Origin: an uncultured Planctomycetales bacterium
Lineage (GTDB): Bacteria; Omnitrophota; Gorgyraeia; Gygaellales; Profunditerraquicolaceae
Direction of reading: 5' to 3'
DNA: 44,294 bases
Assembly: GCA_964588175.1 (NCBI GenBank)
Contig: CAZPNW010000074.1
Location: 1 to 44,294 of the forward strand
Shown: positions 29,515 to 37,682 of the stretch, one piece after another
How the letters are laid out: each line of letters begins with the position of its first letter
Numbering within the stretch: position 1 is the first letter of the stretch
Notes under the pieces: model-generated
What the model was told of the DNA's origin: nothing
Seen by the model: the letters and a program-made list of their open reading frames with translations, nothing else
Database searches by the model: none
Program-made: the position numbers and the translations under genes

Positions 29515-29616
29515 AATGAAGCTGGCGGTTTTGTCGCTTCGCTCCACCGGGATACTCTCAATGCTCAAGCTGCTTTGCCTAAAATCTACATTCGCTCAAA
29601 AACCGCCAGCTTCATT
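29515..29616. other. Perfect 18-bp inverted repeat enclosing a 66-nt loop
   Basis: AATGAAGCTGGCGGTTTT (29515-29532) is the exact reverse complement of AAAACCGCCAGCTTCATT (29599-29616). Confidence 0.8.
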
Positions 29617-29904
29617 TATAGCAATCCATCTACTTGTATCCTGTAACTGTGACTCTTTACTCCTGATCTCCCAATTCCCTGATACCCTGCGACTTGTGTC
29701 TTGTGACCTGTGACTATTGACCGTGGACTATGGACCATAGACTATGGACTAACTTGCGGTTTTAAGAGTATATGACAGAAAGAGGCAAGGCTAGGGCTTG
29801 AATAGGGTTAAGTTATTTTTAATGTTTTTAGTAAGAAAAGCGCGGCAATAGTGCTTATTAACCAGGCATTTATGAAAAATCAGTAGCTTACTTATTAAAA
29901 ACAC

Positions 29905-29933
29905 TTGACTTAAGGTGCTATTGGTAGTATAAA
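29905..29933 (+). promoter_or_regulatory. Sigma70-like promoter of the ROK regulator gene
   Basis: TTGACT (29905-29910), 17-nt spacer, TATAAA (29928-29933), about 50 nt upstream of ATG 29982. Confidence 0.5.
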
Positions 29934-29981
29934 TAAATCCAATAATAATTTTTTTCTAGAGCCACGGGGAAAGGCATTGAC

Positions 29982-31214
29982 ATGAAGTTCAATAATTTTC
30001 AGAAAGAGGAATTTTCGGAAAAAGAAAAACGAAATATTGACATTTTTGAGATCCTGCGCAGGCTCGGGCCTATCAGCCGGCCGGAAATCTCTAAGGAGAT
30101 CGGCATAAACGTAGTAACCATATCTAATTATATTGATGAATTCATAAAATATAATCTCGTGTATGAAAAAGAATTAGACCGTTCTGAAGGCGGCAGGCGC
30201 CCGACACTCCTGGACCTGAATCCTCAAGGAGGCTATGTCATCGGCGTAGGCTTAAACCTTATGAATATTGTCGGTGTCTTGATCGATTTAAAAGGCAATA
30301 TTATTACTAAAACTCAGATCGCCCGCCCCCGCCCATCGGTAAAAGAGATCACGGAGTGCCTCTTGCAGATCATTCGCGAGATCATCAGGCGTTCTAAAGA
30401 ATATACTTCTCAGATCAAAGGGATCGGCATCGGCATCGCCGGCTTGATCAATAAAAAAGACGGCTCTATCCATTGGCCGCAAAAGATGGACCATTATTAC
30501 ACATATGCGTCGGTAGACTTGCCGTTAAAAGATTTGATCGAGCGGGAATTCAATCTTCCGGCGATGATAGAGAACGATGCCACCAGCGCCTGTTTTGGAG
30601 AATATTGGCTGGGTTCGGGTTTCGGGCTGAAGAATGTTATTTATATGTTTTCCGGAGTCGGCTGCGGGATGATGGTCAACGGCGAGATCTATCGGGGCAC
30701 CCAGGGGTACGCAGGCGAGGTGTCTATTTATAATTATAAGGAACAAGACGCGTTTAATTGCGAATTAGGCAATAGTTGTTTCATGAAACGCTGGGAAATA
30801 GACCTGGGGATTGTTGAAGATGTTAAATCTTTGATGAATAAAGACAAGCAGGGGGCTGATAGGTTCCTGAAATTGACTTCAGCCACTCTTGATAATGTTG
30901 ACTTAAAAAGCGTTTTTATCGCTGCACGCGCTAAAGACCCGATCGCTTGTTCCGCGTTAGACCTGGCCGCCAAGCGCCTGGGGATCAAGATCGCCTCCAT
31001 TGTTAATTTCCTGAATCCTGAGATGGTTGTTATCGGCGGCGGTTTAGAAGAGGCGGGAGACGATTTCCTTAATAAAGTTACTTCAACGGTCAAAGAGTGG
31101 GCGTTCAGGGAGATCGTTGAAGATTTAAAAATCGTTTATTCTCAGTTGAGGGAGAATTCCGTTGCCTTGGGCGCGGCAAGCTTGGTTATGCAGCGGGTGT
31201 TCGCGAAATTATAA
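29982..31214 (+). CDS. ROK-family transcriptional regulator (NagC/XylR-like, N-terminal wHTH plus sugar-kinase fold)
   Basis: N-terminal HTH ILRRLGPISRPEISKEIGINVVTISNYIDEF. ROK core GIGIGIAGLINKKDG...ENDATSACFGE...GVGCGMMVNGEIYRG..GYAGE. Confidence 0.8.
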   Translation: MKFNNFQKEEFSEKEKRNIDIFEILRRLGPISRPEISKEIGINVVTISNYIDEFIKYNLVYEKELDRSEGGRRPTLLDLNPQGGYVIGVGLNLMNIVGVLIDLKGNIITKTQIARPRPSVKEITECLLQIIREIIRRSKEYTSQIKGIGIGIAGLINKKDGSIHWPQKMDHYYTYASVDLPLKDLIEREFNLPAMIENDATSACFGEYWLGSGFGLKNVIYMFSGVGCGMMVNGEIYRGTQGYAGEVSIYNYKEQDAFNCELGNSCFMKRWEIDLGIVEDVKSLMNKDKQGADRFLKLTSATLDNVDLKSVFIAARAKDPIACSALDLAAKRLGIKIASIVNFLNPEMVVIGGGLEEAGDDFLNKVTSTVKEWAFREIVEDLKIVYSQLRENSVALGAASLVMQRVFAKL

Positions 31215-31315
31215 AGAATGACAGCGGCGGGATTATCGCCCCATATCAGTTCGACTCGGTTAGAGTAAAGAAAACATGAATTCCCGGTTTTATTTATTTT
31301 ACTAAGGAGGAATGA

Positions 31316-32503
31316 ATGCTGCAAAAAACAAAAGTGATACTTATTGCTCTGGCAGCTTTTTTGGTGATCAGTGTTTTTGTGAATTTGCAAACGATGCGTT
31401 CGCAAAAGATCACTGAAGATGAGCTCAATAGCGCCAAGAAGGAAAATGCAGCATTAAATAAACAGGTTGATGATCTCAGCCAAAGGATCAGCGGTTTAGA
31501 ACAGAAAAACCGTTCTTTGGGGAATGATGTTGAGAGGGTGAATAAAGAAAAAGAAGCGATTAATAAGAGGTATGAAGTACTGATCCAAGAAAAAGAAGAT
31601 TTAACGAAGAGGCTGGTAAAAGCCGCCGCTGAGAAAACGGAAGTTAAAAAACAGGATACGCCTCAACAGTCGTCTGTTGGAGGAGGGGCAGCAGGGGATT
31701 CCTATTGGGCGGGCATTTTAAAGGCAAAGGCGGCTTTAGAGCTCCAGATGGAAACGGTCCGTATTGAATTGAAAAAAGTCCAGATCAGTAATGAACAATT
31801 ACTGCGGGAAAAGAATAATATGAATTTTGATATTAAAGATCTGGAGCGTAAGAACCAGGAGTTAAAACAGCAGTTAGATTATAATCAAAAGATCACGGAT
31901 AGTTTGACCCAGGAAATGGTGCGGGAAAAGAATGAGAAAATGGTTAATGAAAATGCGACTAAAGTTATCAAAGGCGAGAATTTAACTTTGCGCCGGCAGT
32001 TGAAGGCGTTAACCGACCATAAGATCTCGTTGGAAAGAAAGGTCGCTGAGGTGCAGGAAAAGAGCGTTCTTTTGCAGGATAACTATAATAGATTAGAAAA
32101 CACGGTCAAAGATAAGTTGAACCAGATCGATGAAGTAAAGGAACAGTTGGGGATAGGGGCTCAATCGCCGGGAGGGATCGAGATTCCGAAATCCGTTCCG
32201 GAAGCCAAAGAGTCGGTAGAATTGCCTCCTATTATTGTGCGTCCTCAATCGGCGATGGAATCGATGCCTTCTCTTGGCGCTGTTGCCCAAAAAGGCGAAG
32301 TCTTGCTGGTGAATAGAGAAAATAATTTTGTCATTGTTAATTTGGGAGAAGATTCCGGGATCAAGGTCGGAGATATCTTGACCGTGTATCGGGAAGACAG
32401 CGCAGTTGCCGTGCTGGAAGCTATTCAGATACGCAAGAACTTCTCCGCTTGCGATATAAAACAGGAAAATTCACCGGTTAAAGTAGGCGATAGAGTAAAA
32501 TAA
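31316..32503 (+). CDS. Membrane-anchored long coiled-coil protein with a small beta-rich C-terminal domain, unknown function
   Basis: AAGGAGG RBS. N-terminal TM. About 250 aa of heptad-like E/K/Q/L-rich sequence. C-terminal GEVLLVNRENNFVIVNLGEDSGIKVGDILTVYRE. Confidence 0.55.
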   Translation: MLQKTKVILIALAAFLVISVFVNLQTMRSQKITEDELNSAKKENAALNKQVDDLSQRISGLEQKNRSLGNDVERVNKEKEAINKRYEVLIQEKEDLTKRLVKAAAEKTEVKKQDTPQQSSVGGGAAGDSYWAGILKAKAALELQMETVRIELKKVQISNEQLLREKNNMNFDIKDLERKNQELKQQLDYNQKITDSLTQEMVREKNEKMVNENATKVIKGENLTLRRQLKALTDHKISLERKVAEVQEKSVLLQDNYNRLENTVKDKLNQIDEVKEQLGIGAQSPGGIEIPKSVPEAKESVELPPIIVRPQSAMESMPSLGAVAQKGEVLLVNRENNFVIVNLGEDSGIKVGDILTVYREDSAVAVLEAIQIRKNFSACDIKQENSPVKVGDRVK

Positions 32504-32534
32504 TCTGATTTTCTTAGAATAAGCTTTAATAGAT

Positions 32535-33557
32535 ATGGTACGCGGAAAAAAAGCACCCTCTTCTAATCAAGTTGTTTCCATCACTGATATCGCTCGGGCA
32601 GCAGGGGTATCGATCAGTACTGTCTCCCGGGTTATCAATAACGCCTCGTGCGTCAAAGAAAAAAACCGCATTAAAGTCAAGGAAGCCGTTAGAAAATTCA
32701 AATTTCAACCTTCGGTCTACGCGCAGCGGCTGGCATCCGGCAAAAGCAATGTCGTTGCCCTGGTCATGCCCCGGTATGAAGGTATCTTTTATTCATTCTA
32801 CGCTTTAGAATTGATCCGTGGTATCGGTACGCTCTGCAGTATATTAAAATTGGACCTTTTGCTGCATTTGACTGATGCGCGTTCCCCCTTGAACCTGAAA
32901 GGTATCGGCGGAGTCATCTTTGCCGATGTGATCGGTAACCGGCATCAATTAGAAGAAGCGATTCTTGCCGCTATTCCCACTATCGTTATCAATAACCGCG
33001 TTGAAGACCTGGAAGTAAGCAGTATTTCTGTCGATAATGTAAAAGGAGCGGAGGACGCTGTTGATTATCTGGTAGGGTTAGGCCACCGTAAGATCGCGCA
33101 TATCTGCGGAGATCTGATCACGCAGGCTGCCATCCAGCGCCTTGAAGGGTATAAGCGGTCATTGAAGAAAAACGATATCGCGTTCAATGAAAGCTATGTT
33201 ATTAAAACAGACTATTCCCGCGGGCAGGCGCGCCTGGCGGCGGAAAAACTGCTTAAAATGGATCAGCCTCCGACCGCGATCTTTATCGCCTCCGATTCCA
33301 TGGCCCTTGAAGTAATGACCGTCGTTAAAGAATCGGGTAAACATGTGCCTGCTGATGTATCGATCGTTGGCTTTGACGATAATCCTTCCGGGCTTTACGG
33401 TCCGGTCGCATTAACTACCGTGCGGCAGCCTTTGATCAAAATGGCCGAAGAAAGTGTCAAGCGGCTTGATCAGATCATGTCAAAAAAGAAAACTAAGATA
33501 GAAAAACTAATGCTTCCTGCAGAATTGGTTGTCAGGGATTCTTGCCAGCCTCTTTAG
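32535..33557 (+). CDS. LacI-family transcriptional regulator
   Basis: N-terminal HTH ITDIARAAGVSISTVSRVINN. Periplasmic-binding-protein-like effector domain. VGFDD motif. Confidence 0.85.
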   Translation: MVRGKKAPSSNQVVSITDIARAAGVSISTVSRVINNASCVKEKNRIKVKEAVRKFKFQPSVYAQRLASGKSNVVALVMPRYEGIFYSFYALELIRGIGTLCSILKLDLLLHLTDARSPLNLKGIGGVIFADVIGNRHQLEEAILAAIPTIVINNRVEDLEVSSISVDNVKGAEDAVDYLVGLGHRKIAHICGDLITQAAIQRLEGYKRSLKKNDIAFNESYVIKTDYSRGQARLAAEKLLKMDQPPTAIFIASDSMALEVMTVVKESGKHVPADVSIVGFDDNPSGLYGPVALTTVRQPLIKMAEESVKRLDQIMSKKKTKIEKLMLPAELVVRDSCQPL

Positions 33558-33623
33558 CTCCTCGTAACTTAAGTCAGTTGCTTTATAATCGCGCAACGAA
33601 CAAATAGTAAGCCCGGGAATATA

Positions 33624-33670
33624 ATACTACATATTGTATTATCCTATTCGCTGTATACTATATATTGTAT
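33624..33670 (+). promoter_or_regulatory. Two NrdR boxes upstream of nrdJ
   Basis: ATACTACATATTGTAT (33624-33639) and ATACTATATATTGTAT (33655-33670) are near-identical AT-rich palindromes resembling the NrdR box consensus. Centre-to-centre spacing is 31 bp. Confidence 0.7.
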
Positions 33671-33678
33671 CTTTTTTC

Positions 33679-33706
33679 TTGACAAGATATGCGGCAGTGT
33701 TATACT
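33679..33706 (+). promoter_or_regulatory. Sigma70-like promoter of nrdJ
   Basis: TTGACA (33679-33684), 16-nt spacer, TATACT (33701-33706), directly abutting the proximal NrdR box. Confidence 0.6.
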
Positions 33707-33781
33707 GATTTTTAAAGCAGGCGGTATTATTTAATAATCGTGGGAGATAGGAAAAGATTTCCTATTAAAGCTGGAGGGAAC

Positions 33782-36073
33782 ATGGGGATAAAGCTTTCCG
33801 AGAATTCCTTGAAGGTATTAGAAAGAAGATATCTTAAAAGAGACCCGTCAGGAAAAGTTATTGAAACTCCAGAGGAAATGTTTCACCGTGTGGCCAAGGC
33901 GATCGCTTCTGCTGATAAGGATTATGGCCAGGATGAGAAAGAGATCTCAAAGCTGGAGGATGATTTTTACCGGGTGATGTCTTCTTTAGAATTTGTGCCG
34001 AATTCTCCCTGTCTTATGAATGCCGGCAAGGAGTTGGGGCAGCTCAGCGCTTGTTTTACGCTTCCTATTGAGGACGCGATGGAGTCGATCTTTGAAACGC
34101 TTAAATCTACCAGCCTCATCCACAAGTCAGGCGGGGGTACCGGTTTTTCTTTTTCCCGCCTTCGCCCGAAGAACGCCGTGGTAAAAACAACCGGAGGTGT
34201 CGCCTCCGGGCCGATATCATTCATGAAAGTTTATGACGCCGCCACTGAAGCGGTCAAGCAGGGGGGCACGCGCCGGGGCGCTAATATGGGTATTTTACGG
34301 GTCGACCATCCGGATATCCTCGAGTTTATAACCTGCAAAGAAAATAACAAGCTCATTACAAATTTTAATATTTCCGTCGCTATTACCGATGAATTCATGG
34401 AAAGCCTGGAAGCCGGCAAGTCGTTCGATCTTATGGATCCTCATACGAATAAGCCGGTCCAGAAAGTGAGCTCCAAAGATGTTTTTGATTTGATCGTAAA
34501 ACAGGCGCATAAGAACGGAGAACCGGGAGTTATTTTTATTGACCGTATTAATGAATATAATCCGACGCCGAAATTGGGAAATATCGAAAGTACTAACCCC
34601 TGCGGTGAACAGCCGCTCCTGCCGTATGAAAGCTGCGATCTGGGTTCTATTAATCTGGACCGTATGTATAAAAAGAAAAATGCCGGTTATGAGGTGGATT
34701 GGGTTAAATTAAGAGAAGTTACCCGCCTTGCGGTGTATTTTCTCGATAATCTTATCGATGTCAATAAATTCCCCCTGCCGCAGATAGAGAAAGCGACGAA
34801 ATTGACCCGTAAGATCGGTTTAGGGGTTATGGGATGGGCAAGCCTGCTTATCCGCCTGGGCATACCGTATAATAGCGATGAAGCAGTTCTCCTCGCGGAG
34901 AAATTGATGGCGTTTATTCTTGATGAGTCAGTTAAGAAATCACAGGAATTAGCCCGTGAAAAAGGCGTTTTCCCCGCATATAAAGGAAGTACCTGGGAAA
35001 AAGAAGGTGTTTCTATCCGTAACGCGACCTTGACCACCATTGCTCCGACGGGAACGATCAGTATTATCGCCGGCCCTTGTTCGTCGGGGGTGGAGCCGCT
35101 TTTTGCGATCGTCTATTACCGTAATGTTATGGATAATGATAAGCTGGTTGAAGTAGAGCCTTTGTTTGAGGAAGTTGCCCGTCAACGAGGGTTTTACAGC
35201 CGTGAATTGATGGAAAAGATCGCTGAAACCGGCTCTTTGCATAATATCGAAGGTATCCCGGAAGATGTTAAAAAACTATTTGTTACCGCGCATGATATCG
35301 CTCCTGAATGGCATGTTAAGATGCAGGCGGCATTTCAGAAATATACCCATAACGCGGTTTCCAAGACCATTAACTTCCCTCATGAGGCTACCCTTGAGGA
35401 TGTGCGTAAAGCTTACTTGTTAGCCTATACGTTAGACTGTAAAGGGATCACGGTTTACCGTGACAGAAGCAGAGAAGAGCAGGTCCTTAATATCTCATAT
35501 AAACAGCCGGCGGTTGTTGTCCAGGAATCAAAGCTGGAAGTAGGAAAGATCGCCCCGCGGCCCCGTCCGGAGGTGATCACCGGTACGACGACGAAAGTAT
35601 CTACCGGCTGCGGTAATTTATATGTGACGATCAATATTGATGAAGAAGGCAAGCCTTTTGAGCTTTTTACTCAGATGGGTAAAGCCGGCGGATGTGCCGC
35701 GTCTCAGCTGGAGGCGCTCGGCCGTCTGGTGTCGCTTGCCTTTCGTTCAGGGATAGAGGTTAAATCGATCATTGAACAGCTGCGGAATATCCGTTGCCCT
35801 TCTCCTTCCTGGGAGAAAGGCCAGAGGATATTTTCCTGTTCCGATGCTATTGCCCGGGTGGTTGAGCGAAGGCTGGTAAACGGCCATCTTCATGTTCACG
35901 CGGCTCCGATGGAGATCGAAAGCAAGGCGATGAAGCATTCCTATACTGAAGAATCCAATAGTGATACGAAATCGCGCGGAGATATTGTCGGTGTCTGCCC
36001 GGATTGCGGGGGGGCGCTCCGTCATGAAGAAGGTTGTGTGAAATGTCAAGCGTGCGGTTTTTCTAAATGTTAA
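33782..36073 (+). CDS. nrdJ: Class II (adenosylcobalamin-dependent) ribonucleotide reductase with C-terminal zinc ribbon
   Basis: GGAGGGA RBS before ATG 33782. LKVLERRYL, NSPCLMNAG, NPCGEQPLLPYESCDLGSINL and TIAPTGTIS signatures. C-terminal CPDCGG...CVKCQACG. Confidence 0.9.
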   Translation: MGIKLSENSLKVLERRYLKRDPSGKVIETPEEMFHRVAKAIASADKDYGQDEKEISKLEDDFYRVMSSLEFVPNSPCLMNAGKELGQLSACFTLPIEDAMESIFETLKSTSLIHKSGGGTGFSFSRLRPKNAVVKTTGGVASGPISFMKVYDAATEAVKQGGTRRGANMGILRVDHPDILEFITCKENNKLITNFNISVAITDEFMESLEAGKSFDLMDPHTNKPVQKVSSKDVFDLIVKQAHKNGEPGVIFIDRINEYNPTPKLGNIESTNPCGEQPLLPYESCDLGSINLDRMYKKKNAGYEVDWVKLREVTRLAVYFLDNLIDVNKFPLPQIEKATKLTRKIGLGVMGWASLLIRLGIPYNSDEAVLLAEKLMAFILDESVKKSQELAREKGVFPAYKGSTWEKEGVSIRNATLTTIAPTGTISIIAGPCSSGVEPLFAIVYYRNVMDNDKLVEVEPLFEEVARQRGFYSRELMEKIAETGSLHNIEGIPEDVKKLFVTAHDIAPEWHVKMQAAFQKYTHNAVSKTINFPHEATLEDVRKAYLLAYTLDCKGITVYRDRSREEQVLNISYKQPAVVVQESKLEVGKIAPRPRPEVITGTTTKVSTGCGNLYVTINIDEEGKPFELFTQMGKAGGCAASQLEALGRLVSLAFRSGIEVKSIIEQLRNIRCPSPSWEKGQRIFSCSDAIARVVERRLVNGHLHVHAAPMEIESKAMKHSYTEESNSDTKSRGDIVGVCPDCGGALRHEEGCVKCQACGFSKC

Positions 36074-36093
36074 ATAAACTTTGATGTTCGAAA

Positions 36094-36137
36094 GCGCAAA
36101 GGACAAGGCAAAGAATAGCCTTGTCCTTTACGCTTTT
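36094..36137 (+). terminator. Rho-independent terminator of nrdJ
   Basis: AAAGGACAAGG (36098-36108) pairs with CCTTGTCCTTT (36119-36129). The stem is extended by GCG/CGC and followed by TTTT. Confidence 0.75.
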
Positions 36138-36244
36138 GAGTATATTATCGGTGCGCGCTTGCTGCCCAGAAGGGGCGCACCCAGCATTCCTATTAAGCTG
36201 GGGTGCTGCGCAGCCGATAACCTAGTATCTAATACGTATCCCCT

Positions 36245-37528
36245 ATGAAAAAGATCATCTACATCATTCTCGACGGTATCGCTGATCAGGCGCTTAAAGA
36301 ATTAGATAATAAAACCCCGCTTGAAGCGGCGCTTACTCCTCAGATGGACCGCCTGGCGCAAAAGGGTATAACGGGCATGGTTTATCCTATGGGAAAGAAT
36401 ATTGTCCCGCAATCTGATACCGCGGTGATCAGTATTTTAGGTTATGATTATCAACGTTATTATACCGGAAGAGGCCCTTTGGAAGCTTTTGCGGAAGGTG
36501 TACCGATGAGCGCGGGAAATTTAGCGTTACGGGTGACCTTTGCATGTGTAGAACCTGATGGCGTAACGCTCAAAGACCGCAGGATGGGGAGAAATCTGAC
36601 GTCTGATGAAGCGAGTGCTCTTGCGCAGGAGATCAATGCCAAGGTTTCTTTGTCGAATGCGACATTTGAATTTAAACATACGGTCGGCCGCTGGGGTGTC
36701 CTGGTTATCCGCGGAATGCATTCAAAGTTGTCAGGATGGGTCACGAATACCGATCCTGCTTATGAACGTGTCGGAAGCTTTAGCCGCCCGTGGGAAAAAG
36801 CACTGCTTCATGTCCCTCAAGCCGTTCCCATGACAGGGCATGAGAATTCTCCGGAAGCGCAGGAAGCAGCAAGCCTTTTGAATGAATTTACGCGGGAATC
36901 ACAGAGGGTCCTCATGGAATCAGCGATAAACAAAAGAAGAATAAACGAGAATAAAATGCCCGCAAATATTATTTTGTCCCGTGATGCGGGCGATCGCCTG
37001 CCTGAGTTTCCCGATATTAATAGTAAGTATAAGATGAAGTTTGGTTGTTTTGTACAAATGCCGGTAGAGCGGGGGATCGCCCTTTTGACGGGAATGCAGA
37101 TCATCGCGATGCCTTCTTCGACCGGCCATTTAGATGTGGATTATCAGATCTGGGCAAAGATAGCCCTCGATGCGCTCCCCCGGTATGACGGGATCTATAT
37201 TCATATTAAAGGCCCTGATGAAGCTGGCCACGACGGAGACCATGTAAGGAAAAAGGAAGTCATTGAGTTGATAGATAAATTCTTTTTCGCCAACCTTATT
37301 GCCCACCTGAATCTAAAAGATTGTATTGTCGCGGTGACCGCTGATCATGCGACGCTTTGTTCCCGTCGGGCTCACTCGGTTGATCCTGTGCCGATCTTGA
37401 TCTCGGGAGGGAAGATCCCTCCTGATGGCTCGATGAGTTTTTCCGAAAAGGCCGCGTTCTTGGGATCTTGCGGAGAAATGATGGGCACGGATATAATTCC
37501 TCTCCTGGTGAAGTCAGCGCAAAAATAG
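36245..37528 (+). CDS. apgM: Cofactor-independent phosphoglycerate mutase, archaeal type
   Basis: IILDGIADQ...TPLEAA.TP.MDRLA N-terminus and IHIKGPDEAGHDGD, VTADHAT metal-site motifs of the ApgM / alkaline-phosphatase superfamily. Confidence 0.8.
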   Translation: MKKIIYIILDGIADQALKELDNKTPLEAALTPQMDRLAQKGITGMVYPMGKNIVPQSDTAVISILGYDYQRYYTGRGPLEAFAEGVPMSAGNLALRVTFACVEPDGVTLKDRRMGRNLTSDEASALAQEINAKVSLSNATFEFKHTVGRWGVLVIRGMHSKLSGWVTNTDPAYERVGSFSRPWEKALLHVPQAVPMTGHENSPEAQEAASLLNEFTRESQRVLMESAINKRRINENKMPANIILSRDAGDRLPEFPDINSKYKMKFGCFVQMPVERGIALLTGMQIIAMPSSTGHLDVDYQIWAKIALDALPRYDGIYIHIKGPDEAGHDGDHVRKKEVIELIDKFFFANLIAHLNLKDCIVAVTADHATLCSRRAHSVDPVPILISGGKIPPDGSMSFSEKAAFLGSCGEMMGTDIIPLLVKSAQK

Positions 37529-37558
37529 CACGTTAATGATAAAGGTTAAAGATTATAT

Positions 37559-37680
37559 GTAGTTAGGTTATGGTTAAGCAGTTAGTTTAGTGGTTAGGTA
37601 AAGTAGTTTGGTTCTAAAACCCAATTACTTTACCCAACAACCAAACAAATAACTTGACCCTAACCTAACTACCATTTTTT
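37559..37680 (+). terminator. Very long (~115 nt) imperfect hairpin with strand-asymmetric arms followed by a T-run; probable terminator or REP-like element
   Basis: The G/T/A-only left arm GTAGTTAGGTTATGGTTAAG...GGTAAAGTAGTTTGG (37559-37611) pairs with the A/C/T-only right arm CCAATTACTTTACC...CCCTAACCTAACTAC (37621-37672). ATTTTTT follows at 37674-37680. Confidence 0.6.
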
Positions 37681-37682
37681 GA

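Larger units (their letters stand above)
29117..29753. repeat. ORF-less composite element: heptad-periodic G(A/T)C blocks, a GC-rich structured core and a long hairpin; member of a multi-copy family (second copy at 44182-44294)
   Basis: No credible ORF or RBS. The core is visibly GC-rich against an AT-rich background. Flanking blocks at 29117-29190 and 29691-29749 show 7-nt periodicity. Homology to the window end in reverse orientation. Confidence 0.7.
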
